A stretch of DNA of 64,000 bases from Cyanidioschyzon merolae. Taxonomy: Eukaryota. Under the pieces are notes generated by a model that made no database searches, was not told the DNA's origin, and saw only the letters and a list, made by a program, of their open reading frames with translations. The position numbers were made by a program, and so were the translations under genes. Shown here in pieces: positions 1 through 11,271 of this stretch (the first letter of the stretch is position 1; the number at the start of each line of letters is the position of its first letter). The stretch lies in assembly GCA_000091205.1 (NCBI GenBank), contig AP006501.2; one strand, 5' to 3'.

Positions 1-1267
1 CAGCCTCGGCGTCGTAGGGCACCGGTTGACCCGCAGTCATTAGCTGATGCGGTCCGAGCGCGATCTCCAGATGCATTGGGTCGAATGGAACGCCAGCCCG
101 GCCTAGGGCCGCAGCAACCCGTCCCCAGTTCGGGTCTTTTCCGAAGACAGCAGCTTTGCACAGCGCTGAGCTCGCGACGCAACGAGCCAGTTGCCTCGCC
201 TCTGCGTCGGAGCGGGCACCACTAACGCGCACCTCCAGCAGAACATTGGCGCCTTCTCCGTCACGCGCAATCGCCTTGGCGCAGTGCTGCAAAACTGCAG
301 TTAACAAATCCCGTATCACTCGGTACTCTATACTCCGTTCATCGTCGGGAATCGAGACACCAGCTGCACCATTCGCAAGTCCAAGCAGCGTATCATTCGT
401 GCTGGTGTCGCCGTCAACTGTGATCTGGTTAAAAGACTGGTCTGCAGCATTCCGGAGTAGCTTCTGCCACGTAGTGCTCTTCATTTCCGCATCTGTTGTG
501 GCAAATGCAAGCATGGTCGCCATATTTGGGTGGATCATGCCGCTGCCTTTGGCCATGGCACCGACTCGTATCCGCCTTCCGTCCGGCATGAACGCTTCGC
601 CGGCGATGTGCTTCGGAACAAGATCCGTCGTCATGATCGCCCGAGCAGCAAGCGTACCGCCTATGGAGGACGCATCCGCACGGCTCACTAGTTCGACAAT
701 TCGTGGCACTGCGTCAAGCAGCAAATCCATAGGAATGCGCTTGCCGATGACGCCCGTAGAGGCAAGAAGCACAGCGGCCGGTGATATTTTCAACGATCTC
801 GCCACCGCTTCGGCAGTCTGCTGGGCATCGATGTCACCGGCAGTGCCCGTTGCAGCGTTCGCCTGACCAGAGTTGATCAGAATTGCCTGCACCCGCTGAT
901 CCGCTTGCGCCAACTGCGCTCGACAAAAGCGAACAGGCGCAGCGGCAAGAACTGACTGCGTGAAGACCCCTGCTGCAATACACGGCAGCGGAGAGTAGAG
1001 AAGCGCCAGATCGGGCGCGCCACTTGGTTTCAAACCAGCTGCCATCGCTGCCGCCCGGAACCCTTCCGGTGTCGTTACCGAGCCGTCTCGCAGGAACCGA
1101 AACGACTCATGCAAGGCCGGCTCTACTCGCTGTTGCAAGCACAAGCGCTGCGGTGGTAGAAGCCCGCGTCTGATGTATGAAAGGTTCCGAGCAGGCGCAA
1201 GTTTTCGGTGGTATTGGATGAATCGCGGCTCGGCTTGGACGAAACGTCTTTGGAAAGCAGGCACGGG
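1..1267 (-). CDS. argJ: Glutamate N-acetyltransferase / ornithine acetyltransferase ArgJ. Partial: the 3' end runs off the window start, and the 5' start codon is not resolved.
   Basis: I translated the minus strand by hand as one open frame from 1267 down to position 1. It gives VTTPEGFRAAAMAAGLKPSGAPDLALLYSPLPCIAAGVFTQSVLAAAPV...ILINSGQANAATG...GMIHPNMATMLAFATTD (the self-cleavage ATML/T site)...ITVDGDTSTNDT...GKDPNWGRV, which are classic ArgJ motifs. The frame hits a stop at 1268-1270. The only in-frame ATG (1043-1045) falls inside the conserved domain, so the true start may lie in an upstream exon. The 6-frame track shows no complete ORF here because the gene leaves the window. Confidence 0.8.
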
Positions 1268-2329
1268 GCTAACCACGAACGCCATCGAACCAGAAACACC
1301 ATAGTACCGTTCGCGATCGAATCCAGCTGTCTCTGCGGAAGTGGACCGGTACGGCCTAAACACCAGATCGCACATGTTCTTGATTATTGGTATATTTCGT
1401 GAATATGAGTCAGCGTGTGTCCTATGTAGCGATGAGAGAAGCGAGCGCACACCCAGATCAGCGTACCGATTTGGTCAGTGGAGGGATAAGCCGCGCTTTG
1501 GCCTGTTGGTCAACGACACCAGCACCGTTACGTACGGATGCAGATCTATGATAGCGCAGGCTCCCTAGTTCCGGTCACCGTTCACGAACGGACCCCAGCA
1601 GCGGAGTGAGCAGTGCTTCGCTGGGTGGCCCCCCCCCCTCTGCGCACAACAACTCCGCCACCACTGCTACCGCGACTACCAGTTCGACGTTCCGCACGAA
1701 GGAATGATGGCAGGAAGCAGCGTACGCGAGGCAATGGCCTTGCTCGTGGCTACTGGACCGCGCTCAATCAGGAGTCCCAACGGACGCGTGTCCTTTAATT
1801 AACGAAATTTATAGTCTGATCCCATTTCCTGCGATGAACTTGTCGAAAGCCCAAAGTGAGCAGATCTTCCACTTTTTCGACTATAGGTGAGAACACGAGA
1901 ATTCGGTGGCTTTTCTGACGGTCACGAACACCAGCCTCTGTGGGCCCAATGTCTACGGCGGCTTCCCGCTCCTGTCGCTTATCTCGGGGTTTCATGGAGC
2001 AGGTATCTCTTGTTCCTGCAGTATCGTTTTCCGCTGAAGAAGGATGCGGATCGCAACGTTAAAATCCTTAGTTCGCTGCTTCAAAATGTCGTTCATGCAT
2101 TTGATACAGTGACGAAAGTTGTGATCCATGCTTCGCTTGCAATGCTCGTGTTCTATATAGAAAGCCACCTTGCGCCCTTCGGAGCGTAACTCTTCACTGT
2201 GGTCAGAACTTCCCACAAGTGTGCACCAGAACGCGTGCTCCGCTTCCTCCCCAACCTCGGAGGACTTCTCTGTGGCGCCTGGACGCCTGCTTCTTCACTG
2301 GGCAAGTGCTCTTAACGGGTACAGAGGGC

Positions 2330-2940
2330 TCCCCTCGATGCCCTCATCGGCTCCCGCCCCAATTACCGTACCGTTCGATCAGAGGCTCCGCCTTACTGGC
2401 GCTCTGGGCGAGTACGCTGTTCGCTGCACGCACAATAGCTCGCTGCTAAATTCGACAGAGGATCGGTGGAATACAGTGATGTCCTTGATGAAACATGTTC
2501 CTTAAGAAAAAAATCGAGGCTGGAGAACAAATCGAGAATTTTCGATCCGATTACGCTCCCGTTGTACACAGCGGTGACGTAGTCTCCACTGGAAGCGATT
2601 GCGTTGGTGAACACAGACCGAGTTCAAGACCCGCTAACCATCTAAACAGAAGAAGCGCAAGCCTCTGAGAGCATCCCACATGAGATGTATCGAGTGCATG
2701 GGGGTTCCGTTTCGCTGACGGCCATACAACGAAGAACATTGAAATTTCGAGCGGAGCAGAGGATTTAACGTGACCATTTCAGTGAAAGCTCGGTATGAGC
2801 TTGTAAACGAGTCGTCGATGGACGACACCAAGCTCTTCTACGTTTGAATTCATCGGTGCGAATTGCTGCGCCCACGATCCAGCTAGAAGCAGAAGATCTT
2901 AGGCTTGAAGCGTGGGTGATCCTCGCTTGCTAAGCGCGAT
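2330..2940 (+). repeat. Interspersed repeat family, copy A (about 0.6 kb, diverged)
   Basis: Nucleotide similarity to copies at 13480-14060, 41690-42310, 52290-52870 and 57500-58150. Shared blocks include ctgggcgagtacgct..., gatgaaaca(a/t)gt(a/t)cc...aaaaa(g/a)tcgag..., ggtatgagcttgtaaacgagtcgtc... and gcgaattgctgcgcccacga...gaagatcttaggcttga. Confidence 0.6.
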
Positions 2941-3937
2941 CAACGGAGAACAGCGGAGGTTTGTATATATTATCTGGATGATTGTATCTTTCATCTCACG
3001 AAACCGTCGCTCGAGGGCATCGCGAATCATTCTGTTTCCGATGACCTAACAAATTCCAGCGGCTACGATTCGAATGCGTCACTTCGAAAAGACATCCGGG
3101 AATCTTAAAGCCAGGTATGAATCCATTAGCCCGTATTCCTGTACATAGATCGCAGAGCATATAGGTCTCAAAGCGGTCGGGAAAAATCTCATGGCCAGAA
3201 CGGAGCATGCTAGATAGTGTTCGATTGTAATCGGATACGAATGCAGCGCCGTCTGCCAATCCAGGGCGACCAACTGCGGATGCTTGCTGCTGAACCGCGC
3301 CCTGGTGCATGTTTCTTCAAGCATGTACTCGGTTGCTTCGGTTTTGAAACCGCGAGAGCGCAGCAGCCACCGTCACTGGCTTCTATATCAATTACGAAGC
3401 TGCACTGCTGCATCAGACTCCGCACTCGAGCGCCATATGCCTCTGTATAGGTTTCCATACGCTAGCGAATACGACAAGGGAAATAGCGCCTCGAGCAGGC
3501 ATCTGCAAGGCCCTTCGGCGCCCTGAAGACGCCCGCAACCGCTTCTTTTTGTTTTCGCGTTGTAGGAGGTGCACCGAAAACGCTGGACCCCATCGGGATC
3601 GCATGAACAAACCATGATCCCCAAAGACAAGTTTCGGGTACCGTTGCCGGAGCTTGAAGGATCAGCGGCAGCGGCACACCAGGTGCTTCCCTGAATCCCG
3701 GTGTTTCGCGTCTGTACCCCAGGTGATCCCTGATTCCATGCATCCATCCTACACCAGATCGAGAATATCGAACGCTCGGCCCAGGACCTGCGCTCGTGAT
3801 GCAGGAATCGAGTCCATATATGTACAGCTCTGTATAGTATCTTTGATCTGGCCTGCTGTGCAACACGAGCGCTGATGCACAACCACCAGTTGAGCATTGG
3901 CGTCAGTAGCTGCGGCTTGCAACTTCGGCGAACGCTC

Positions 3938-5107
3938 ATGGCTCGACTGCAGTGGAGGACCTTTAATTCAAACGGTAGACATCGCGTAGTGGTGACCAAA
4001 CCACTTGTTGGTGAAAACTGGTTGGAAACGCTTCTAGCGGCGGACTGTCGGGTCGACCAGTGTCTCAGCGAGCGCATCCTGTCGCGCGCCGAGCTTCGAG
4101 ACGCTATCGGGAGTCGCTGCGACGGCGTCGTTGGCCAGTTGACCGAACCCTGGGATGAAGAGCTGTTTCGGGCCCTCAAGTCAGCTGGTGGAAAAGTCTA
4201 CTCGAACGTCGCAGTTGGCTTCGACAATGTTGACGTATCGGCGGCGACACGGCACGGGATTGCTGTCGGGAACACACCTGGCGTGCTCACAGAGACCACC
4301 GCGGAAATGGCAGTGGCGCTGACGTTCGCCGCTGGCCGGCGCCTGGTGGAAGCGGACGCATTCATGCGGGCAGGCAAGTACAAAGGCTGGTTGCCTACCA
4401 TGTTTCTGGGAAAACTATTCTACGGCAAGACACTGGGCATCATTGGTGCAGGCCGGATTGGGTCCGTATACGCGCTAACGATGGCACGCGGCTGTCACAT
4501 GGACGTCGTTTACTACGACCAGTTTCAGAATGAACAACTGGAACGCAAAGTGAGGGAGACTGGTTCATTATACCAGCAGCTTGGCGAACGATGTATATCC
4601 ATTCGACGCGCTGAGACGGTAGAGGAGCTGCTCGAGGCAGCCGATGTTGTCTCATTGCATACAGTTTTGGATGCGAGCACGCGCCATATGATTAATAACG
4701 AGCGCTTGCGGCTCATGAAAAAAGACGCTGTTTTGGTTAACTGTGGCCGAGGCCCCTTGATCGATGAACGTGCCTTGGTCCAACACTGTCGCGAGCATCC
4801 CGATTTCCGCGTCGGCTTGGATGTCTTCGAGAACGAGCCCAAAATGGCACCTGGTCTTGCGAGTCTTCCGAACGTCGTCGTTGTGCCGCATATTGCCTCA
4901 GCAACTGTATGGACACGCACGGGCATGAGCACCCTGGCGGCTGCGAATGTGGCTGGGATTATTCGCGGTGATCCAGTTTGGAACCAACCGGACGTGTTGG
5001 CTTTCGTGGATGCCCCCAGTGTCGCCGCGATGCCGCGGGCAGCGCCCAGCATTGTGAATGCCAAAGAGCTAGGCTTACCACAGTACAAACAAATGAGTCG
5101 CCTCTAG
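3938..5107 (+). CDS. HPR1: NADH-dependent hydroxypyruvate reductase (glycerate dehydrogenase, D-2-hydroxyacid dehydrogenase family), peroxisomal, C-terminal PTS1 -SRL
   Basis: The ORF 3875..5107 aligns along its whole length with plant HPR1. Matching segments include YRVVVTKP...CDGVVGQLTE...NVAVGFDNVDV...GIAVGNTPGVLTETTAEMA...GKTLGIIGAGRIGS (the NAD-binding GxGxxG)...LVNCGRGPLIDE...VGLDVFENEP...VVVPHIASA...PSIVNAKELGLP. It ends in SRL, a PTS1. The likely start is the Met 22 codons into the ORF (MARLQWRTF...), matching the plant N-terminus. Confidence 0.9.
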   Translation: MARLQWRTFNSNGRHRVVVTKPLVGENWLETLLAADCRVDQCLSERILSRAELRDAIGSRCDGVVGQLTEPWDEELFRALKSAGGKVYSNVAVGFDNVDVSAATRHGIAVGNTPGVLTETTAEMAVALTFAAGRRLVEADAFMRAGKYKGWLPTMFLGKLFYGKTLGIIGAGRIGSVYALTMARGCHMDVVYYDQFQNEQLERKVRETGSLYQQLGERCISIRRAETVEELLEAADVVSLHTVLDASTRHMINNERLRLMKKDAVLVNCGRGPLIDERALVQHCREHPDFRVGLDVFENEPKMAPGLASLPNVVVVPHIASATVWTRTGMSTLAAANVAGIIRGDPVWNQPDVLAFVDAPSVAAMPRAAPSIVNAKELGLPQYKQMSRL

Positions 5108-5413
5108 TATCTGTGGTGTCGTTGCACGCTGCGCATAGCAGGGAACTGCAATATCCGCACGGGCTACGGAGATCGCGCACGTTTGCATCCATTCACAGGG
5201 TGCAGGGATACGATCCCCGAAAGTGCTTCTTCTGAGGCCCATACCCGGTTCCAAGATGGAACGATTTTGCACGTAACAATTGCGTACGCGAACTGATCCC
5301 GTAAAGAGGCACAAGCAAACCCAAAGCGAGCGGTGTTTTCAAAATACCCTGCGACAGGGGTCCTTCAAGACCCGTGACCTTTCGCTTGCTCACGTATCCG
5401 GGACCGCCGATTA

Positions 5414-6154
5414 CTAGATTCCGCAGCAGGTGCAGAATGTTCTCCAGCAGCTGGCCAGATAACATAGCACAATCACAGCCAATGCAACGGTGCAGGTCAC
5501 TGCAAGCACGAACCAGTCGTGGCGGAACGCTTCATTGATCGGCTCGGCGCAACCGCGTCCCGCGTTCAACTCTTCGCTTGTTCGACACGATCCGCCGGTG
5601 CTTATGCCCGGGCAATACTGAACGTCCGGATTCGATGTTGAGCACTGGTTTGCGTTGTAACCGGCACACCCATAATGGAGCTCCTGGGAGCACACGAACC
5701 GGGGATTACTCTGCACAGTCATGAGCCAGCTGTTGCTGGATATATTGTTCGAACCGTTCGGCCCGGTCGTTCCGTATGCGTACCAAGCGATCACACACAG
5801 CGCCCCAAGGAAGAGGAAAGCCAAAAGTAAGACAAGATTATACAAGAAATAAAACAATTTTCCGAGGCAGCACTTGGCTGCGCAGTGCGCGAGTACACCA
5901 AGAGCCCCGATGCCAATCAGTACCGCACCAGCAACGATGTACAGCCAGGCATTACGGGCCACTGACCCGACAAGTGGGTTGGTCTGTTTGTACTGACTGT
6001 ATGCAGAAAACGCGTTCCCGCGCTGATCCAAAGCTCCGACGGCAAGAACAACCACCCCAGCCAAAATAAAAAGAATATTCGCCACGAATAGGAAGCAGTT
6101 GACCAGCTTCGTATCCGCGAAACAGATTCCGCCCCGGCCGGTGCCTTTACCCAT
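5414..6154 (-). CDS. Tetraspanin-like four-TM membrane protein
   Basis: 246-aa ORF with four hydrophobic helices in the tetraspanin arrangement: TM1, a short loop, TM2, TM3, then a large Cys-rich extracellular loop (GCAGY...C...C...CPG...C), then TM4. A canonical CCG motif is not obvious. Confidence 0.5.
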   Translation of the reverse strand: MGKGTGRGGICFADTKLVNCFLFVANILFILAGVVVLAVGALDQRGNAFSAYSQYKQTNPLVGSVARNAWLYIVAGAVLIGIGALGVLAHCAAKCCLGKLFYFLYNLVLLLAFLFLGALCVIAWYAYGTTGPNGSNNISSNSWLMTVQSNPRFVCSQELHYGCAGYNANQCSTSNPDVQYCPGISTGGSCRTSEELNAGRGCAEPINEAFRHDWFVLAVTCTVALAVIVLCYLASCWRTFCTCCGI

Positions 6155-6369
6155 GACAGCACGTGACCGAACGTCGGTAAACGAAGGGACGCTTTAAGGT
6201 GCCGGTGCTTCGAAGAAATCCGGCAACAGGTAGACTCCCTGGGTTTCCAAGTTGGGACGGTTTCGAGCTCCCCGCGAGGCGATACAAAGGGGATGCGTAC
6301 CCGGGCGACACTGCGGCGCAGGCGCCATTTCGCTGCGCTCTCCAGGGACGGGAACGGGCCACCAGCGGA

Positions 6370-6742
6370 CATGGACCATGTTCGTGTCCGTGTGATGTGC
6401 GCTGTCCATTCGTTGGCAAGGCGACACCGTGCCATGTCTGTATTGTACAGGATCGGCGCATTGATGCAGCATATCCGTAGGGGCGACCCCGCGCTATGTC
6501 TGTATTGTACAGGATCGGTGCATTGATGCAGCATATCCGTAGGGGCGACCCCGCGCCATGTCTGTATTGTACAGGATCGGTGCATTGATGCAGCATATCC
6601 GTAGGGGCGACACCGCGCTATGTCTGTATTGTACAGGATCGGTGCATTGATGCAGCATATCCGTAGGGGCGACACCGCGCCATGTCTGTATGGTACAGTA
6701 TCGGTGCATTGATGCAGCATATTCGTAGGGGCGACACCGCGC
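6370..6742. repeat. Tandem repeat, 62-bp period, about 5-6 copies
   Basis: The unit ccatgtctgtattgtacaggatcggtgcattgatgcagcatatccgtaggggcgacaccgcg recurs starting at 6432, 6494, 6556, 6618 and 6680 with a few substitutions. A degenerate copy lies upstream. The ORFs at 5917..6798, 6147..6596 and 6494..6850 are translations of this array. Confidence 0.9.
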
Positions 6743-6875
6743 GATTCGTACGCAGCAGCGCAGCTCGTACGCCGATTCCCCCCGCCGCACCACGGCATAC
6801 ATTGAAAACTTCGTCACTCTGAGCAGCGTTCGTACGGGCGCTGTAGGCACTCACTGAATGTTCGGTACACAGTCA

Positions 6876-7079
<204 letters not shown>

Positions 7080-7395
7080 TTAGCAGTCCACCTTGTCGTT
7101 TTCTTTTTTGAGACCCGAGCACCTTCCCCAAAATAAACGAAGCGCTGCCCTGAGCGGTTTGCATTCCCACGAACGGCCTCAGCGGGTGTCTCGCATCCCG
7201 TACGCAGTTGCCAGCACCGTTTACGTAACCCGCGATCAAAGAACGCGCCTGGAACATGCGCCGCACACCGCACGCTCGTCGAGAGACGCAGGGACGACGA
7301 CAAAGCACCCAACCAGCACAGCAAACACGCAGTAGCCGCAGAAACTGTCCATTACAACCAGGTTTACACTAGTTACGAACACCGTAAATCCATTT

Positions 7396-9936
7396 CTAAA
7401 GCTTATCGTAAAAGTTCGAAATATCCGGCACACTCTCCTTGAGGCCTTTGCGCAAGCGCGTCGCTTTGCAGAAATCATACGCCAAGTTGCCGGTTTCCAG
7501 CGGGGATCCCGGGACCAGCTCCCAGTGCGAGAACATCATTTGAGGAAAGGCCTGGCCTGACGTTGCTGAACGCAGCTCAGCGGTGAACCCAAATGATTCC
7601 ACAACCGGGAGGTAGGCCTTGAGGATCCAGAGTGGCGTTCCCGCACGCTGTTGTTCCTCCGTGACCATACCCCGCTTTCGCGAGAAGAGACCGTAGATGG
7701 AGCCCACCGCTTGCTCTGGGCAGGTGATATCGACGAGGAACATTGGCTCAAATAGGCGCGGTTTCGCTAGCAGCTGTGCACCGTAGAGGCACCGCCGACA
7801 CGTCGGGATGATTTGACCACCACCCCGATGGATCGCATCTGCATGGAGCGTCACATCAACCAGGTTGAAACCGATGTTGCGCATGGGCTCCTCACAGAGG
7901 ACACCCTCCTTGCATGCCCACTGCATCGCTGCAACGCAAGAGTCCTTGATTTCATTCAGGAATTGGACGGCTTTGGTGCGATCCATGAAAAGATTCGGGC
8001 CGGTCGTATCCGGGGCGAAGCACCAAATTCGACGGGCGGCGTCCTCGTCCATGTTGTATTCATCCTTCAGGATTTTCGCCCGAGCCTTGGGTTCGTCGCG
8101 TGGTGTTATCTTGCCCTCGTCAATGGCTTGTGCAACACCTTCGGGCAGTGGATCGGCGTAGATATAGAGACGATTGTGCTTATTCGGAGACTTGGACAGA
8201 CAGACGGCCGTGTTCAGCGGATCAGGAACCCCTTCGACAGTCTCGCGGTAGCTGACCACCGGGTTGCCTACGCGGATCTCCGCGCCATTCATAAAGTCCT
8301 CCTGGAGATCCTTCAGACATATCTCTAAATGCAGCTCTCCGGCGCCTGCGATGATGTGCTCGCCACTCTCCTCCATGGTAACCTCAACCAGTGGATCGGA
8401 TTTGGCCAAGCGCTTCAGTCCTTCCACAAGTTTGGGCAGATCACTCGGATTCTTGGGTTCAACGGCGACGCGAACAACAGGCGAAACCGAGTATTTCATG
8501 TTCTTGATGGGAAAAGCGCTCTCCTCGTCCGTGATCGTCCCTGACTTGACCAGAAATTGATCCACACCAACGAGTCCGACAGTGTTACCAGCGGGAACGG
8601 AGTCGACGGCTTCGGTGCGTCGGCCCATCATCAGCAAGGTTCGCTGGATATTCTTCACCGCCAGGTCCTTCTTCTCACCTGGTTCATAGTTTGGTCCGTA
8701 GATACGCACCTTCATGCCTGTGCGAATTGTCCCTGAGAAGACTCTTCCAAAAGCCACAAAGCGACCCTTGTCGGAGGCCGGCACCATCTTGCTCACGTAC
8801 AGCATCAGTGGCCCTTTCGGATCACAGTTGCGCATCGCCGTTGCAGCAACGTCATCCATTGGACCCTCGTACAACAACTCTGTGCGGTACTTTTGGGCCT
8901 TCACAGGTGACGGCAAGTGCGTCACAATCATTTCCAAGAGTGCCTGGTCTGCTGGGAGCCACTTTTGCAGTACGCGCTTCATCAATGGCTTCTGACGTAG
9001 CTGTTTGTCGTCGTTTGTCAGCGACACGTCTAATCCGGAGAGCAGCTTTTCAAGGGCTTCAACTTGGTCCGACATGCACAGCTCGATGATCTTCTTCACC
9101 GGTTTGATCACAAACTCGCAGAAGGCCCGTTCCAGCTGCTCGCCTTCAGCGTCGGTGCTCTTCGTTGTCCACTTCTTTGTCTTGCGGTTGAAATAATTCT
9201 CACCCCAGAGGCGTTGCGTCATTTTCTCTACGTCGACGCCAAACTTCTTAGCATACATCCGTGCGAACCGGGTCAACGTAAACGCCCAGCCATGCAGTCC
9301 AGCGGAAAACGCCACGGTGCCCTTCGCCGGGGACACCTGAACATCGCCAAGAGCAGCGTCTTGGTAAGTAGCAAGGATCACGTTCGCGTTTTCAATCACC
9401 CTACTGAAGGTTTGGTACATTTCCTCTGCCTCGAGTTGCAGTTCCAGAAACGCCCGATCCAGTTTGTTGATCGTCAAGACGGGTTTGATACGCTCAGCGA
9501 GCGCTTGCCGCAACACCGTTTCTGTCTGCACACAAACCCCCTCGACACAGTCTACGACAACAAGCGCACCGTCAGTAACGCGCAGCGCTGCAGTCACCTC
9601 CGAGCTGAAGTCCACGTGGCCCGGGCTGTCGATCAGGTTCACGAGAAAGTCCCGCGAGTCGCCCGAGTCCTTAGGCAGTTCCAGATCCGGGGGATAGTGG
9701 AAAAAAAGGCTGATTCCAGTGCTTTTGATCGTGATACAGCGTTCTTGCTCGTCAGGGCGCGTATCCGTGAGGCGCGTGTCGCCTGCAGCTTCGATCGCTA
9801 TGATACCGGCCGCAGCAACCAGGCTGTCCGTTAACGTCGACTTGCCGTGATCCACGTGCGCAATGACGGACATGTTCCGGATCTGCTCCGGTATGTCCAT
9901 CAAGGACCGGAGCTCGTCAATTGTAAAGTTCACCAT
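7396..9936 (-). CDS. EEF2: Translation elongation factor 2 (eEF2), single exon
   Basis: Near-colinear match to eukaryotic EF-2. It begins [14 protein letters not shown]...[19 protein letters not shown]..., continues ...[32 protein letters not shown]...[15 protein letters not shown]..., and contains [15 protein letters not shown] with the diphthamide His. It ends NFYDKL. The track ORF runs on to 9996, but the conserved start is the MVNFT Met at 9936. Confidence 0.95.
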   Translation of the reverse strand: MVNFTIDELRSLMDIPEQIRNMSVIAHVDHGKSTLTDSLVAAAGIIAIEAAGDTRLTDTRPDEQERCITIKSTGISLFFHYPPDLELPKDSGDSRDFLVNLIDSPGHVDFSSEVTAALRVTDGALVVVDCVEGVCVQTETVLRQALAERIKPVLTINKLDRAFLELQLEAEEMYQTFSRVIENANVILATYQDAALGDVQVSPAKGTVAFSAGLHGWAFTLTRFARMYAKKFGVDVEKMTQRLWGENYFNRKTKKWTTKSTDAEGEQLERAFCEFVIKPVKKIIELCMSDQVEALEKLLSGLDVSLTNDDKQLRQKPLMKRVLQKWLPADQALLEMIVTHLPSPVKAQKYRTELLYEGPMDDVAATAMRNCDPKGPLMLYVSKMVPASDKGRFVAFGRVFSGTIRTGMKVRIYGPNYEPGEKKDLAVKNIQRTLLMMGRRTEAVDSVPAGNTVGLVGVDQFLVKSGTITDEESAFPIKNMKYSVSPVVRVAVEPKNPSDLPKLVEGLKRLAKSDPLVEVTMEESGEHIIAGAGELHLEICLKDLQEDFMNGAEIRVGNPVVSYRETVEGVPDPLNTAVCLSKSPNKHNRLYIYADPLPEGVAQAIDEGKITPRDEPKARAKILKDEYNMDEDAARRIWCFAPDTTGPNLFMDRTKAVQFLNEIKDSCVAAMQWACKEGVLCEEPMRNIGFNLVDVTLHADAIHRGGGQIIPTCRRCLYGAQLLAKPRLFEPMFLVDITCPEQAVGSIYGLFSRKRGMVTEEQQRAGTPLWILKAYLPVVESFGFTAELRSATSGQAFPQMMFSHWELVPGSPLETGNLAYDFCKATRLRKGLKESVPDISNFYDKL

Positions 9937-10983
9937 TTTGTCAGCGGAACGTTTAACACAGCGCTGAACCGAGCAGTGCGAGCCGAGCGACGACACCTAA
10001 GGCGAACCTGTCGCAAACGGTTGGTCGACAAGGTGGCGACAAACGCCGACGCCGCCGCGAATGCGGTCGCAGCAGCGCAGCCCCCGAATCCAAACTGGAC
10101 ACGAATGGAAGAACTAGAATATATTAGTATTATCATGGACATATCTAAGGCGCAGCTGTGGACCCGTCAGAAACGACGCGCACGAGGCAGTATCCAGTAC
10201 GATGCATGCACTCTGGACGGAGAGCGAATGGCGCGCTGCTGGGGCACCGACTACTCCTGATAATGGTATGGAATCCATCAGGGGAACGACCAGAAACGAA
10301 ACGCGTCTTTGGCCTTTCACGGCCACATATGGGAGAAGGCACAGTTTCCCGCATGTTTGGCAAATATGCCTTTTGCGCTTTGGATGCCGTGTACTGGATG
10401 AGTTTGCCAGTTTGATGCGCCGTGCGCCGCAGTGGTGATAGCTGGAACTGTCATGGGACCCACGAGGCTCGTGTGCAACGCGATTTTCTGGAACGAAGCA
10501 GGACAGCGCCCGATGCCCGAGCTGTGTCCTTGTCGCCGAGTCCCTTTAGCATATCGCTTCGCGCCGCTGTCGACTAGTGTGCCAGAGTCTAGACGCACGA
10601 AGCTTCCGGTCATTTGGTCGGGCACGCGCCTCGCGCCGACGCTTGCCGAGGCGTCGCAATACCGCTCTGTCTCCGTCGGGCGGTTGCAGCGGCAGCGGTG
10701 CAGTGACCGTCACTGCTGGCGTTTGGGGCGTTCGCGGCATCTAAGCGTCGCGAACGCTGTCTAACTTCCAGTGTTTAGAGCAAATGTGCTCTGGGGCGTG
10801 CTCGGCACCTAACCGTCGCAAACTCGTGTGAAAATTCTACTTGTTTGGGAAACAGGGCTCAACAAGCTGAGGAACACAGGAGCGCATTAGAAAATGCCCC
10901 AGTGTCTCTGGTATTCGGTAGGATACGCGCATCCGAGGGATTCGGGTCAGATGCTGCAATGATCCAACATTGCAAAACCATTG

Positions 10984-11000
10984 CACACACACACACACAC
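10984..11000. repeat. (CA)n dinucleotide microsatellite
   Basis: cacacacacacacacac read directly from the sequence. Confidence 0.8.
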
Positions 11001-11271
11001 GGAAGGAGGCCGCTGTATATACCACGTGAGCAGATACATGCGAGTACGCAGTAGAAACATAGCACTGCATAGAAGGTTTCGGCGTCTCTGTCGGAGGCTG
11101 TGCCGGTGGACACCGGTCGAAGCCCTCCACGTGAAAAACTCAAAAATTTTGTATTGCAGCGCTTTATCCGTCAACGTACACCTTTATCAAGCTCGCCACT
11201 ATTCGTATGAGACACTCTGCGGTGGTCGAGCCGCCCCTCAAGCCACCCATTCAAAAAAATAAGGGCTCCGC

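Noticed and set aside
156-866. 236-aa plus-strand ORF (S/A/R-rich)
   Set aside because: It lies antisense to the clearly conserved ArgJ coding frame. Its composition is typical of an antisense read-through of a GC-rich gene.
3388-4179. 263-aa minus-strand ORF
   Set aside because: Overlaps the 5' end of HPR1 on the opposite strand. It is R/S-rich with no recognisable domain, so most likely a spurious GC-driven ORF.
5917-6798. 293-aa minus-strand ORF and its overlapping companions (6147..6596, 6494..6850)
   Set aside because: These are translations of the 62-bp tandem repeat, which yields periodic peptide repeats. They are not coding.
9064-9834. 256-aa plus-strand ORF
   Set aside because: Antisense to EF-2, and EF-2 conservation is overwhelming.
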